Below the pieces are notes generated by a model that worked only from the letters and a program-made list of their open reading frames with translations, was not told where the DNA came from and ran no database searches. Of a stretch of DNA of 64,000 nt, positions 17,637 through 27,934 are shown piece after piece. Numbering within the stretch: the stretch's first letter is position 1; each line of letters starts with the position of its first letter. A program made the position numbers and the translations under genes. Origin of the DNA: Dehalococcoidia bacterium (lineage in GTDB: Bacteria > Chloroflexota > Dehalococcoidia > Bin125); contig CAXXNO010000009.1 of assembly GCA_963663235.2 (NCBI GenBank), positions 1 through 64,000 on the forward strand, read 5' to 3'.

Positions 17637-18746
17637 TCAGCGCGCGACCGCCGGCGGACTCTCCGGCATGAGATCGGCGAGTCGCGGCATCACCTCTTCC
17701 GCCAGCAGCGTCATCGAGCGGTCCCACTTATCCCACGGCTTCCACTCATGCGCCATCGGCATCAGCACCCCGAACCCGCCCACCTCGTCGTACAACTTCC
17801 GGATCTGCTGCTCCACGTCGTCTGGGCTGCCCACGATCCAGCCGTTGTCCAGCAAGAACTCCGGCGTGAGGATCTCGTCCGGCATGCTCGGGTCCGGCTT
17901 GATCACCGTCGTGAAGTTGTAGAGCTTCAAGAACGTGATGAAGTACTCGCGGTAGTCTCGCGCCAGGGTGCTTTGCAGCACCTCCGCGCGGGCCTGCTCC
18001 GTGGTGTCGGCCACGTACATCTCGCGACAGATCCGCCACTGCGCGCGGTCCGGCGTGCGCCCCGCCTTCCGCGCCCCCTCCTCCACCGCCTCCCAGTGCT
18101 TGCGCAGCACCCACGGTTGCGTGATGCCAATGCTCAACGGCATCCAGCCTCGCTCGCCCGCCTGGATGAGCGTGGGCGACCGCTCCGATGTTCCCGCCAC
18201 GGCGATCGGCGGGTGCGGCTTCTGGTACGGCTTCATGTACACCCGCAGGCTGACCTCCTCAATCGGTTCCCCGATCTCGATCCGCCACCACTTCGATTCG
18301 TACACTCCCGGGGCCGGGTCATCCCACAGCTTCAGCACCATGTCCACGCCGACCCGCATCGCCTCCCGCTGCTCGCCGGACGCCGCGTCCACTCCCACCG
18401 CGAGGAAATCCAGCGGGTTGGCCCCGGAGCCCACGCCCCAGTAGAACCGCCCCTTCGCCAGGTGATCCAGCAGTGCGATGCGATGCGCCAGGTGGAACGG
18501 GTTGTGGTTCACGAGCACGGTCACGCCCGTGCCCAGGATGATGCTCTTCGTCCTCGCCAGCGCCATGGCGATGAACAGCTCCGGCGCGGGGATCGGCTCC
18601 CATTCCGCCGTGAAATGCTCCCCCACCCACGCCTCGTGGAAGCCCAACTCGTCGATCCGGACGATAGTGTCCAGATCCTCGTGGATCGCTTCCGTGTAAT
18701 CGCCGCCCGGTGGATGCAGCGGCATCGCGAAGTACCCGAGTTGCAT
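17637..18746 (-). CDS. LLM-class flavin-dependent monooxygenase (limonene monooxygenase-like)
   Basis: MQLGYFAMPLHPP, EAWVGEHF, LDHLAKGRFYWGVGSG, KPYQKPHPPIAV; GGAGG RBS. Confidence 0.9.
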   Translation of the reverse strand: MQLGYFAMPLHPPGGDYTEAIHEDLDTIVRIDELGFHEAWVGEHFTAEWEPIPAPELFIAMALARTKSIILGTGVTVLVNHNPFHLAHRIALLDHLAKGRFYWGVGSGANPLDFLAVGVDAASGEQREAMRVGVDMVLKLWDDPAPGVYESKWWRIEIGEPIEEVSLRVYMKPYQKPHPPIAVAGTSERSPTLIQAGERGWMPLSIGITQPWVLRKHWEAVEEGARKAGRTPDRAQWRICREMYVADTTEQARAEVLQSTLARDYREYFITFLKLYNFTTVIKPDPSMPDEILTPEFLLDNGWIVGSPDDVEQQIRKLYDEVGGFGVLMPMAHEWKPWDKWDRSMTLLAEEVMPRLADLMPESPPAVAR

Positions 18747-18820
18747 TGTGTTCCTCCGTTCAAGCCAGCGATGACAACTCGGCCGGCCGGGCCGACCGAT
18801 CGATCGCACGGACTCCCCGC

Positions 18821-19645
18821 CTACGCGTCCTGCCCGACGCCCCACGCGATCGCGTTGCGCAACAACTGCAGATAAGCGTCCGTCTCCCACGGTCCGCGCA
18901 GGATATCCGGGGCCTTCCCCGAGGGGCTCACGCTTGCGTCCACCAGGGATTGACTGTTGCTGACTTGGGAGTGGCAATGACCCAGCGCGATATAGGTCAC
19001 GCCGCCCGCTCCGACATCGCGGGTGTAGCCCAGCACGCGCGATTTGCCGTCCGGCAACAGAGCGGTGTCCTCCTCGTACTCGAAGCCAAAACCGGGCGGC
19101 GAGGTCACGCCTCCGAGGACCGCCGTCAGCAGCACGCGGGTCGAAGCGGGATGTTGGAGCTCGATCATGTACGGTTCGTCGATCGCGTCGAAGGAAGGGG
19201 GCAGGTTCCTGGTCAAGAAGTGATCGCGGTCGGCCACCTCCACGCGGATCTTTCGCATCGGCGGGTGGCTGAGAAAGAAGCCGCCCAGCGTCTCGTGGTG
19301 GCTGGTCTTCACCATCCTTCGCCTCTCGCCGCTCTCCCCGACGCGCACCGCCCGTCCGCCGCTGGTGCCGTGCAAGCCCAGCCAGCGGCCGCCCTTCGCG
19401 AGCCAGTCCGCCACGAACCGGTTTTGCTCATCATTCAAGTAGGGGCCGGCTGTGTACGTGATCAGGAGCTGCGTCCCGGGCAGCCACCGCTCGATGTCGG
19501 TGAAGTCGTTGCAGACGGTAGCGATCATCCTCGGCCACTCTTGCAGAAGCTCCAGGAGCCGCCGGCGGGCGTAGTCCATGTCGTGCCCGCCGTGCGCGCC
19601 GGGAGGGAACCCCCCAACGACAACGTGGACTCGGCTGGCGTGCAT
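18821..19645 (-). CDS. ThuA-like (class I glutamine amidotransferase fold) protein
   Basis: GGRWLGLHGT, LGGFFLSHPP, DEPYMIE, YIALGHCH. Confidence 0.8.
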   Translation of the reverse strand: MHASRVHVVVGGFPPGAHGGHDMDYARRRLLELLQEWPRMIATVCNDFTDIERWLPGTQLLITYTAGPYLNDEQNRFVADWLAKGGRWLGLHGTSGGRAVRVGESGERRRMVKTSHHETLGGFFLSHPPMRKIRVEVADRDHFLTRNLPPSFDAIDEPYMIELQHPASTRVLLTAVLGGVTSPPGFGFEYEEDTALLPDGKSRVLGYTRDVGAGGVTYIALGHCHSQVSNSQSLVDASVSPSGKAPDILRGPWETDAYLQLLRNAIAWGVGQDA

Positions 19646-19902
19646 CCGCTGGCCCTCCCGACGGCGATACGAGGCGCGCTCGCATGCGGGTGTCCGGCAG
19701 CTCTGGGCGTCCTACCCTATGCGCGCTCGGCGCACTTGGGAAGGCCTGGATGCGCTTCGTAGAAGCGCCACCCCAATGCGATCACGAATGGCGGCGTTCG
19801 ATCAGCCTCCCGGCGCACAGCCAAGAGGAGGAGCGCAGTAACAGTCGGGTCGCGGGGTCGCCGCGCCTCACCGGCATCCCGAGAGGACCGGGGCCAGCAG
19901 AA

Positions 19903-21042
19903 TCAGCCGCCGGCAACCTGTGCGGCGGGACTGGGCTCAATGGCATGCACGGCCGGCAGCACTTCCTTGGCGAAGAGCCGCAGGCTGCGCTCCGCCACGT
20001 CGGCGGGCATGCCCCCGTAGCGAAAGCCGAGGATGAGTTCCTCGGCGCTCGTCATGCGCTGGATGTGCTCGAGCTTCTCGCGGCATTGCTCCGGCGTGCC
20101 CCACACCTGCGGCTTGGCGTTGAAGCGCCCGATCTGCTCCGGCGTCTTCGTGTTCAGCGTTTGCGCGAAGCTCTGGTAGTACTCGTAGCCGCCGACGCTC
20201 TCAAACTGCGCGCTCTCGCTGAAGTGGTAGTGCCGTTCGATGCTGATCTGCATTTCGGTGGTGTGGCGCACAATGGATTCCCACGCTTCCTCCTCGGACT
20301 CGGCGCAGGCGACGTTGACCACCACCGTCGGCTGCACGGGCGCCCAGTTCCGCTCGGCGCGGACCGCGTTGAAGTCGCGCACGTCCTTCTGGTAGTCGTC
20401 CCAACTCTTCTGGTTGGTCAGGAGCATACCCACACCGGCGTCGGCCAGGATGGCCAAGCTCTCGGGGCTCACCCAGGCGGCCTTGATATTGTTCACCAGA
20501 TTCGGCGTGCGCGGCCGCGGCCGGATCGTCATCTCCGGTATCTGGTAGAACTCGCCGTCGTAGGAGAACCACTCCTGCGTGAGCGCCAGGCGCACGATCT
20601 CCAGCGACTCCATGAAGCGCCCGCGCGACTCACTCAAGGGAATGCGATAGGCGTCGAACTCACGCTGGGCCACGCCACGGCCCAACCCGATGGTGAGACG
20701 CCGCCCCTGCAGCATGTGGTCGAGCACACAGATCTGTTCGGCGACTTGCACGGGGTCGTACCAGGGCAGCACGATCACCATCGTGCCCATGTCGAGGTTC
20801 TTCGTGAGGCCGGCGAAGTAGCCCAACTGCTGGAGGGCGCTGCCACACATGATGTAGGGAGAGAAGTGGTGGTCGAGGGCCCAGAGCGCATCGAAGCCCA
20901 GCGGTTCGGCGAGGCCGGCCAGGTGCAGATCTTCTCCCCAGACCTGCTGGTCCGGCACGGAGGGATCCACGTCCGTCGCTTTTGCCTCGAAGCGGTCCCA
21001 GTCTTGGTAATTCTGGAAGTTGAAGCAGATGCCGGCTTTCAT
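19903..21042 (-). CDS. LLM-class flavin-dependent oxidoreductase
   Basis: AEPLGFDALWALDHHF, IGLGRG, IRPRPR, WGTPEQC. Confidence 0.9.
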   Translation of the reverse strand: MKAGICFNFQNYQDWDRFEAKATDVDPSVPDQQVWGEDLHLAGLAEPLGFDALWALDHHFSPYIMCGSALQQLGYFAGLTKNLDMGTMVIVLPWYDPVQVAEQICVLDHMLQGRRLTIGLGRGVAQREFDAYRIPLSESRGRFMESLEIVRLALTQEWFSYDGEFYQIPEMTIRPRPRTPNLVNNIKAAWVSPESLAILADAGVGMLLTNQKSWDDYQKDVRDFNAVRAERNWAPVQPTVVVNVACAESEEEAWESIVRHTTEMQISIERHYHFSESAQFESVGGYEYYQSFAQTLNTKTPEQIGRFNAKPQVWGTPEQCREKLEHIQRMTSAEELILGFRYGGMPADVAERSLRLFAKEVLPAVHAIEPSPAAQVAGG

Positions 21043-21301
21043 CACAGACTCCTCATCCACGCCACGCTGCGGCCAGGCCTTCCCTGTCTGAGTCCAGCCT
21101 CAAGAGCGGCGCAGGCGGCAGTCTAGCATGGCTCCGTCCCCCTCAGTCACTGCCGCCTCGCGCGATTGAGGTCGAGCTACAGGTGGAGCCAAGGCGCTAA
21201 GCGATCGCGCACGCGACACCCGCCCCCGCCTCCTCCAGCGACTAGAATGCCGCCTGTCGAAGCCGTGGAATCCGGGCCGAAGGAGGACGGGGGAGCGGAC
21301 C

Positions 21302-22594
21302 GTGTCTACCGCCTTCGTTCACGCCCGTCTCCTCCCCGGCGACGGCCGCGACTTCGACAACGCCAGCGTGAAAGTCGAGCGCGGCCGCATCGCCGAGGTG
21401 CGGACGGACGGCCGTGCCGTCCCGGCGGACGTCGTCATCGACCTGGAAGGGCGGACGCTGCTACCGGGCTTCATCGACCTGCACACCCACATCGTGGGCG
21501 GCGACGGCGCCATCGGCCAAGGCGATGAAGCCAAGAGCTTCAAGATATCGGACCCCCTGGACCAAGCCGTGCTCGATTCGGTGGAGGCGGCGAGGACCAC
21601 GCTGCACGCCGGCGTCACCACGGCGCGTGAGACCACGGCCCGCGACTACATCGACGTCGCCATCAAGCGCGCCCAGGCGGCGGGCCGGATCGAGGCCCCG
21701 CGCCTGCTCACCACCGCCACCGCGATCTGGATGACCGGCGGACACGGGATGGAGATGGGGCGCTCCGGCTCGGACGGCCCGGCCGACGGCGTGGAGGAGA
21801 TCGTCCGGCGCGTGCGACAGTTGGTCGCGAACAAGGTGGACGTCGTCAAGGTCGTCAGCGCGGACGGGCCGGAGACCGGCGGTGAATGGGCCAGCGCGCA
21901 ATACACGAAGGAGGAAGTGGCGGCGGCCTTCGCGGAGGCGAAGCGGCTGGGGCGACGCACGGCGGCCCATGCCATGGGGCACGAGGGCGTCAACAACGTG
22001 GTGACCTCCGGCGTCGAGACAGTGGAGCACGGCTGGTACATCAGCGAAGAGAACTGCGCCAACATGGTGAAGCACGGCGCCTACCTGATCCCGACGCTGG
22101 GCAACGTGGTGGACATCATCCACAAGGGGCCGGGGCTGGCGATGCCCTGGGCCGTCATGATGGCCTCCGACGAGCAGGCGATCTTCGACCGGCACGCGAT
22201 GGCGGTGCGCATGGGCGTGAAGATCGGGATGGGCTCCGACTGCGGCGGCAACGAGGCGCGGCGGCACGGCGACAACCTGCTGGAGCTGGAGTGCTACGTG
22301 CGCTGCGGCATGAAGCCGATCGACGCACTGACCAGCGCCGCCCTGGAGGCGGCGAAGGCGATCCGGATCGACGATCAGGTGGGGACGATCGAGGCCGGGA
22401 AGCTAGCGGACCTCGTGATCCTGGACGGCGACCCGCTGGCGGACATCCGCCTGACCCGCACGGGCGTGGTGGGCGTCGTGCAGGGCGGCGCGGTCAAGCG
22501 CGACGACCTGGGCATCCTGGGCCCCATGCGCCGCGACACCGGATCGCGATCGCAGGAGGTGGTGGTCCTGGCCAAGCAGGGGACGCTGGGCTGA
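21302..22594 (+). CDS. Amidohydrolase family protein (Xaa-Pro dipeptidase-like)
   Basis: LPGFIDLHTH, AAHAMG, TVEHG, GSDCG, GTIEAGKLADLVI. Confidence 0.9.
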   Translation: MSTAFVHARLLPGDGRDFDNASVKVERGRIAEVRTDGRAVPADVVIDLEGRTLLPGFIDLHTHIVGGDGAIGQGDEAKSFKISDPLDQAVLDSVEAARTTLHAGVTTARETTARDYIDVAIKRAQAAGRIEAPRLLTTATAIWMTGGHGMEMGRSGSDGPADGVEEIVRRVRQLVANKVDVVKVVSADGPETGGEWASAQYTKEEVAAAFAEAKRLGRRTAAHAMGHEGVNNVVTSGVETVEHGWYISEENCANMVKHGAYLIPTLGNVVDIIHKGPGLAMPWAVMMASDEQAIFDRHAMAVRMGVKIGMGSDCGGNEARRHGDNLLELECYVRCGMKPIDALTSAALEAAKAIRIDDQVGTIEAGKLADLVILDGDPLADIRLTRTGVVGVVQGGAVKRDDLGILGPMRRDTGSRSQEVVVLAKQGTLG

Positions 22595-22646
22595 GGCCGC
22601 CGGCTCCGGACGGCACCGTCCCCCTCGTTCGCTGCCGCCTCGCGCG

Positions 22647-23084
22647 CTAGAGGCTCATGGCGCCCATGGCGGGCACCGGACGCTTCGGATCGATGTCGGG
22701 GAAGAGCATGGCGTAGGTTTCGAGGTTTTCCTTGCCCTCAACCGTGAACGCCCCCGCCGCGATCGCGTCGGGCGCCGCGTGCATGCCGGTCAGGAGCTTG
22801 ACGAACGACTCAGGACTCTGCGTGAGGACGATGTCCGGGTTCGCGGCGCGCCCCTCGCTGCAGGCGCAGCCGCCTCCCGCGACGTTAATCGTCCAGGCGC
22901 CGCCCCCCGGACCGGTGAAGTCCATCACGGTGGCATACTCGCGGCCGGAGGCTGCCTCCCGATCGAGCGTGGCGTGCGGAATCAGCATGTTGTAGAAGCC
23001 CAGGGCACGGTGCGTCGCGGAGGCGCTCGGCTGCGGCCCCGTCCGGTCCAGCCGCAGACGGAGCTCGGTATGACTGCCTGACAA
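22647..23084 (-). CDS. SCP2 sterol-binding-like domain protein; start uncertain, possibly truncated
   Basis: DFTGPGGGAWTINVAGG.C...EG.A.NPDIVLTQ pattern. Confidence 0.6.
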   Translation of the reverse strand: MSGSHTELRLRLDRTGPQPSASATHRALGFYNMLIPHATLDREAASGREYATVMDFTGPGGGAWTINVAGGGCACSEGRAANPDIVLTQSPESFVKLLTGMHAAPDAIAAGAFTVEGKENLETYAMLFPDIDPKRPVPAMGAMSL

Positions 23085-23244
23085 GTAGATCCAGGCGGGG
23101 ACGGGGCATCGCGGCCCTTGGTCCCTCTATAATCCGAGCGCCTCACGAGAGGGAGCCCGCGCCCGTAGACTGGTGCGCAGCCGGCCAACCTTCGGCAACG
23201 CGCTTGTCCCGCTCGGCGCAGCGGGCGGGCGGAGGGAGCGCCCC

Positions 23245-23556
23245 ATGTCCGTCCGGATCTTCATCACCTACAACCTGCGACCGACGACGTCGATCGAGGA
23301 ATACCGCAAGTTCTCGCACGAGGTCGACCAGCCCCTCGCGTCCAAGGCGCCCGGCATCCTGCGCTTCGAGGTCTTCGAGGTGCGCGGCGCCGGCGAGGGC
23401 GAGCCGGACTTCCGGATCGTCGAGGAGATCGAAGCCGAAAGCTGGCAGGCCTGGCTGGACATCTTCGACAACCCGGATGTCAAAGCGGCGCACGAAGGCT
23501 TCCAGCGTCTGTGTGACCCCGATTCCGCTCGCACCCACTGGACCGAGAAGGTCTAA
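23245..23556 (+). CDS. Dimeric alpha/beta-barrel (EthD/REDY-like) protein
   Basis: IFITYNL...EEYRKFSHEVDQP, IVEEIEAESW; GGAGGG RBS; TATAAT at 23128. Confidence 0.7.
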   Translation: MSVRIFITYNLRPTTSIEEYRKFSHEVDQPLASKAPGILRFEVFEVRGAGEGEPDFRIVEEIEAESWQAWLDIFDNPDVKAAHEGFQRLCDPDSARTHWTEKV

Positions 23557-23591
23557 TCGGTAGAAGGTCTGATCGGCACCAACGCGCCTGC

Positions 23592-23629
23592 AAATAAAGA
23601 AGGGGGCGGCCCAGACGGCCACCCTCTTC
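23592..23629 (-). terminator. Intrinsic terminator of the amidohydrolase_2 gene
   Basis: gaagggggcggc...gccaccctcttc imperfect stem followed by a T-rich tract on the minus strand. Confidence 0.55.
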
Positions 23630-23651
23630 GCATTCTCCACGCCAGCGGCAG

Positions 23652-24827
23652 TTACGACAGGTTGTAGATCCGGTTGATGTTGCCGCCCAGCATCGCCTGA
23701 CGCGTCTCCGCGCTCAACGGCTCCACCAGCTCTTCCAGGTCCTTCACCCAGCCCCCCGTGTGGTCGAAGTGGGGGTAGTCGCTGGCCCAGGCGAAACACT
23801 GGGGCCCCGCGTAGTCCATGACGAGCGCGGACGAAGCCTCGTCCGGGTCGCCCGAAACAAAGCACTGCCGCTTGAAATAGGTGCTCGGCTTATCCTTCAG
23901 CGGCATCGGAAGCGTTTTGTAGTGGCCCTCGTAGATCGCGTCCATGCGGTCCAGCATGGAGCCGATCCACCCGGACTGGACTTCCAGGATGCCGAACTTC
24001 AGCGCCGGGAAGCGGTCGAGCGCGCCGAAGGCGAACATGCTGACGAACGCCTGCTGGGTCGCCTGCAACGCCAGCACCAAGAGGTACCACTGATTCACCG
24101 GCGCCATCGGGTCCAGCCGGAAGCGGGGCGAGAAGTTGCTCGGCATGTCGAGCGTCGTCGGGTGAATGGCCATGGGCACGTCCAGCTCCTGCGCCTTGGC
24201 CCACAGCGGATCGTGGGAAGGGTCGCCGTGCGCGACCTTGCTCTGCGTGAACGGGTGCACGAACCCGCCCTTGCAGCCGTCCTTGACCGCCCGTTCCAAC
24301 TCGGCGGCCGCGCTCTCCACCCCGCCCGTCAAGGAGATGTGCGCGATCGCCACCAGCCGGCCGTCGCTGGAGCGGCAAAAATCGGCGACCCAGCGGTTGT
24401 AGGCGCGCGTGTAGGCCAGGGCGAGTTCCCCATCGTTGCACTCGGCCTCCCAAGTGAGGCTGACCGTTGGGTAGAGCAACGCCTTGTCCAAGTGCTCTTT
24501 GTCCAGGAGGTCGAGGCGTTCCTCGGCGTTGCGGGCGCCATAGGGCGTGTTTTCGGGGTTCATATAGTCCCGACCCGGCCGCGGCGTGGTGTCACTTTGC
24601 CCCATCGCGCCGAAGACGCCCAGCATCCCCTTCACCACCTGCTTCGACGGCTTCCCCGCGATCTCCAGGTACTCGTACCCTTCGTCATCCTTGGCGAGGC
24701 GAAGCGTGCGGTCTTTGTACTTGTTCTCGATGTACTCGGTCCAAAGGTCGATCGGCTCCAGCACGTGGCCGTCGGCATCGACGACGCCGTCGTACTTGAT
24801 CGGTACAGGCGGGTACGCGTAGCCCAT
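23652..24827 (-). CDS. Amidohydrolase_2 family protein
   Basis: VDADGHVLEP, AYNRW, AIHP, WASDYPHFD. Confidence 0.9.
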   Translation of the reverse strand: MGYAYPPVPIKYDGVVDADGHVLEPIDLWTEYIENKYKDRTLRLAKDDEGYEYLEIAGKPSKQVVKGMLGVFGAMGQSDTTPRPGRDYMNPENTPYGARNAEERLDLLDKEHLDKALLYPTVSLTWEAECNDGELALAYTRAYNRWVADFCRSSDGRLVAIAHISLTGGVESAAAELERAVKDGCKGGFVHPFTQSKVAHGDPSHDPLWAKAQELDVPMAIHPTTLDMPSNFSPRFRLDPMAPVNQWYLLVLALQATQQAFVSMFAFGALDRFPALKFGILEVQSGWIGSMLDRMDAIYEGHYKTLPMPLKDKPSTYFKRQCFVSGDPDEASSALVMDYAGPQCFAWASDYPHFDHTGGWVKDLEELVEPLSAETRQAMLGGNINRIYNLS

Positions 24828-24982
24828 GGCGCTCTCCTTATACTCAGTGATACTTAGTGGCCCCGCAGCGTGCTTGGTACAGTGAGACTAATCCTCGTGT
24901 CAAGGGAGCTATCGTCCGTTGACGGCCGCTCGCGCGACGTGCGGGCGCTGCGTCCGCGACGGGCGAGGCCGGGGACCGCTCG

Positions 24983-25402
24983 TCAATCGAAGGCGACCGT
25001 GGAGCTGCCGCGGACGGAGCGCTCGCCTTGCGGATTGTCGATCCACAGCTCGACATCAACGAAGCGGACGCCGTCTTCCTGGTACTTCCGGGTGACCGTC
25101 CCGCCGAAGGTCATCTCGGCGTCGTGGAGGTCGGGGCGGCGGTGGGAGACTTGGATCCGCCGAATGGTGCCGGCGCCGCCCAGCCAGCGGCGGACGAACT
25201 GCTCCACGAAGGCCAACTTGACCGTCCCCGGGACAATGGGGCGCTCGAACCCCATGCTCAGTGCGGCAGCGGGGTCGAAGAACTGGGGGCTCCACTGCCA
25301 GGATGCGCCGATGAACTTCAGCATGCCGAAGTGCGTGGGCGTGCGCTTGACCGGCGGGAGGGCGTCCCCCTCGGCGATGCTGTCGTAGGAGCGGGGAGTC
25401 AC
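24983..25402 (-). CDS. MaoC-like (hot-dog fold) dehydratase subunit
   Basis: EGDALPP, GTVTRKY, VELWIDNPQG; GTG start overlaps the upstream stop (GTGA). Confidence 0.75.
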   Translation of the reverse strand: MTPRSYDSIAEGDALPPVKRTPTHFGMLKFIGASWQWSPQFFDPAAALSMGFERPIVPGTVKLAFVEQFVRRWLGGAGTIRRIQVSHRRPDLHDAEMTFGGTVTRKYQEDGVRFVDVELWIDNPQGERSVRGSSTVAFD

Positions 25403-25869
25403 CGGGGGTCTCCGCGCTTCGGGTAGTAGGCGACCGTCCGGTGCACGCGCGCTACCGTATCGCCGTCCTGGTTGGTGCAGCTCCACTCGTAGTGAACGAA
25501 GAGGGAGTGACCGACCCGCCCGCCGATCCGCTCCTGGATGTCGGCGATCTTGGGGACCACCCTGAGCCGGTCGCCGAGGCGCACGGGCGCGTCGTAGCGC
25601 CACTCGTCGGCGGCGAGCAGGCCGTGGCCGGGCAGGTCGGGCGCGCTCGCTTGCCGCATGCGGGTGACCACGGTGAGCAGGGCGTAAGGCGGCACCACAG
25701 CGCGTGGGTCATCGCCTTCCAGGGCGGCGATCACGGCGGGGTCGTCCTCGCCCAGGGCCTCGGCCATGCGGCGCGTCGCTTCCCGGCTGATCTCGACGGA
25801 GATTGGCTCGCCCTCGCGGCCGATCTGCGCCGTCATGGCGGGGGTCAGCAGACTCTCTTCATCGGGCAT
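25399..25869 (-). CDS. MaoC N-terminal-type (FAS1-like) dehydratase subunit
   Basis: MAEALGEDDP, EWRYDAPVRLGD, TNQDGDTVA. Confidence 0.8.
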   Translation of the reverse strand: MPDEESLLTPAMTAQIGREGEPISVEISREATRRMAEALGEDDPAVIAALEGDDPRAVVPPYALLTVVTRMRQASAPDLPGHGLLAADEWRYDAPVRLGDRLRVVPKIADIQERIGGRVGHSLFVHYEWSCTNQDGDTVARVHRTVAYYPKRGDPR

Positions 25870-25962
25870 GGAACGCTGGGGCTCCTCGCGCTGGTTGGGA
25901 CGAGCGGTCATACGTCTGCTCACCGACGCCCAGCCGCCGCACGTCCTCGGCGGTGGGGGCCT

Positions 25963-26421
25963 CTACTCCGCCCGGCGCCACCGCGGCTGCACCAGGTCCG
26001 GCGCCGTCCGCTCGAACACGACCCGCACCGGCATCCCGATCTGGAGCTCGTCGAACTCCATGTCAACGACGTTGCTCAGCATCTGGATCTCGGGGTGGTC
26101 ATCCAGCTCCACGATCGCGACGTTATACGGGCCGCGCGCCTTCACCTTCGGGTTCGCGGGATGCACGGCGTTGATGCAAGACCACACAGTCCCCGTTCCA
26201 GCCACCTCCTGCCAGCCCAGGTGATCGAACGACAAACAGTGGTGGCAGATCAACTCCGGCGGATGCTGCAACTTCCCGCAGCCCCCGCAGCGCTGCACCA
26301 CCAGCCGCCCCTCCTTCGCCGCGTCCCAGAACCCCTTGCTCAGCGGATCCTCGGGGTTGGGCTCCGGCACCCCTTCGGGGAAGTAGCGGCCGTCGATGAA
26401 CTCCGCGCCGTCTTTGCTCAT
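25963..26421 (-). CDS. Zn-ribbon/OB-fold (DUF35) protein
   Basis: FWDAAKEGRLVVQRCGGC...HPP..ICHHC, GMPVRVVF. Confidence 0.92.
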   Translation of the reverse strand: MSKDGAEFIDGRYFPEGVPEPNPEDPLSKGFWDAAKEGRLVVQRCGGCGKLQHPPELICHHCLSFDHLGWQEVAGTGTVWSCINAVHPANPKVKARGPYNVAIVELDDHPEIQMLSNVVDMEFDELQIGMPVRVVFERTAPDLVQPRWRRAE

Positions 26422-26437
26422 GGCCCTCTCGCTTGTC

Positions 26438-27634
26438 TCAGTTGTGCAGGATCACGTTGCTGACCGGCGCGACGCCCGGCCCGCTCGCCACCAGACACGT
26501 CCGCGCCCCCTCCACCGGCAGCGTGGAGTCCCCGCGCATCTGCCGCACCCCTTCCACCATCAATTCGAAGCCGTGCGTGTACGCCTCGGCCAAGTTGCCG
26601 CCGCTGGTGTTGAGCGGCAGCTCGCCGGCGTGGGGGGCGTCGGGCTCGGCGACCCGCTTGTGCTCGATGCGGCCCCCTTCGACGAACTGTCCCGCCTCGC
26701 CCCGCCCACAGAAGCCGTGGTCCTCCAGTGACATCAGCACGAGGCCCGTGAAGTTCTCGTACAGCTGCGCCACGTCGATCTCTTCCGGCCCCATTCCCGC
26801 CGACTTGAACAGCCGCCGCGCCACCGACGAGAACCCCGCCCCGTGCCGCAGTCCGGCCGCGTAGCCCGCGCCCTCTTGGTAATCGCTCCCCTGTGCCGCG
26901 CCGGCGATATACACCATCTTCTGCTTGAGATCCCGCGCCCGCTCCGGCGTCGTCAGGATGACCGCGGCCGCGCCGTCGGTCTCCTGGCAGCAGTCGAACA
27001 GCCGCAGCGGGTCGGCGATGATCCGCGAGTTCTGATGATCCTCGATCGTGATCGGCTTCCCATACATCACGGCGCGCGGGTTGTGTTGCGCGTGCTTGTA
27101 GCTCGCCACCGACACCTGCCCCAACTGACGGCTGGTGATCCCGTGCTCGTGCATGTAGCGCTTGATCGGCATCGCGAACCGCTGCGCCGGGATGAGCATC
27201 CCGGCCGGCAGGCGGAACGCGTCGGTCCCTTCGATTCGCCCCTCTATCAGCAGTTGCCCGAAGCGCCGGTACTGCCCCTGCGCCAGCGCGCGATAGGCCA
27301 CCACGTAGTCGGCGTACCCCGCCGCGATCCCCGCCGCCGCGTTGCCCACCGCTCCGGCCACGCCGCCGCCGCCGCCGCCCCAGTACATGTTGCTGAAGCC
27401 GTGCTCCGGGGTGCCCAGCGCGGTCGCGACCCGGAGCGGATCGTTGCGATCGTTGGCGTAGGAGGCGAACCCGTCCAAGCGGCGCGGGTCCAGCCCCGCG
27501 TCGGCGCACGCGGCCAGGATCGCCTCCAGGGCCAGTTGGAACTCCGGCCGCTCGATGGAGCCGTGGCGGCCGTACTCCGACTCCCCGACTCCCACGATGC
27601 AGACCTTGTCGCGGATGCCCCGGCCGTTGTCCAT
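26438..27634 (-). CDS. Thiolase-like (Ltp2/SCP-x type) protein lacking the N-terminal catalytic Cys
   Basis: IVGVGES, LFDCCQETDGAAA, QLYENFT, LNTSGGNLAEAYTHG; a Gly run occupies the usual Cys position. Confidence 0.88.
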   Translation of the reverse strand: MDNGRGIRDKVCIVGVGESEYGRHGSIERPEFQLALEAILAACADAGLDPRRLDGFASYANDRNDPLRVATALGTPEHGFSNMYWGGGGGGVAGAVGNAAAGIAAGYADYVVAYRALAQGQYRRFGQLLIEGRIEGTDAFRLPAGMLIPAQRFAMPIKRYMHEHGITSRQLGQVSVASYKHAQHNPRAVMYGKPITIEDHQNSRIIADPLRLFDCCQETDGAAAVILTTPERARDLKQKMVYIAGAAQGSDYQEGAGYAAGLRHGAGFSSVARRLFKSAGMGPEEIDVAQLYENFTGLVLMSLEDHGFCGRGEAGQFVEGGRIEHKRVAEPDAPHAGELPLNTSGGNLAEAYTHGFELMVEGVRQMRGDSTLPVEGARTCLVASGPGVAPVSNVILHN

Positions 27635-27890
27635 GGCGCTACCTTATTCCTACCCGCTGGTCGTTCGGATCGCGCGGCCATTCTGTCGCATGCCCTCGCC
27701 ATCGCCAAGTGCACTGCGGCGGGGGCTGGATGCCCGCCGCTCGCCTTTGACCAGATGGCGTGCCCGCACCCCGCCGCCGCGTGGACGTCTTCGCCGCACC
27801 AGCCCAGGCGCTGGGAGCGGCTTACAGCCCCCGTTCATCTGAGCGCTGCCGCCCACGGGAGGGGGGTTCGGCAAGACATGGGCAAGCCGC

Positions 27891-27896
27891 TATAAT
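27891..27896 (+). promoter_or_regulatory. -10 element TATAAT
   Basis: Perfect hexamer ~40 bp before the DUF1800 start in GC-rich DNA. Confidence 0.5.
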
Positions 27897-27934
27897 CTCC
27901 GCGCCGATTTACCGACCCAGGTGCGGAGACGCCT

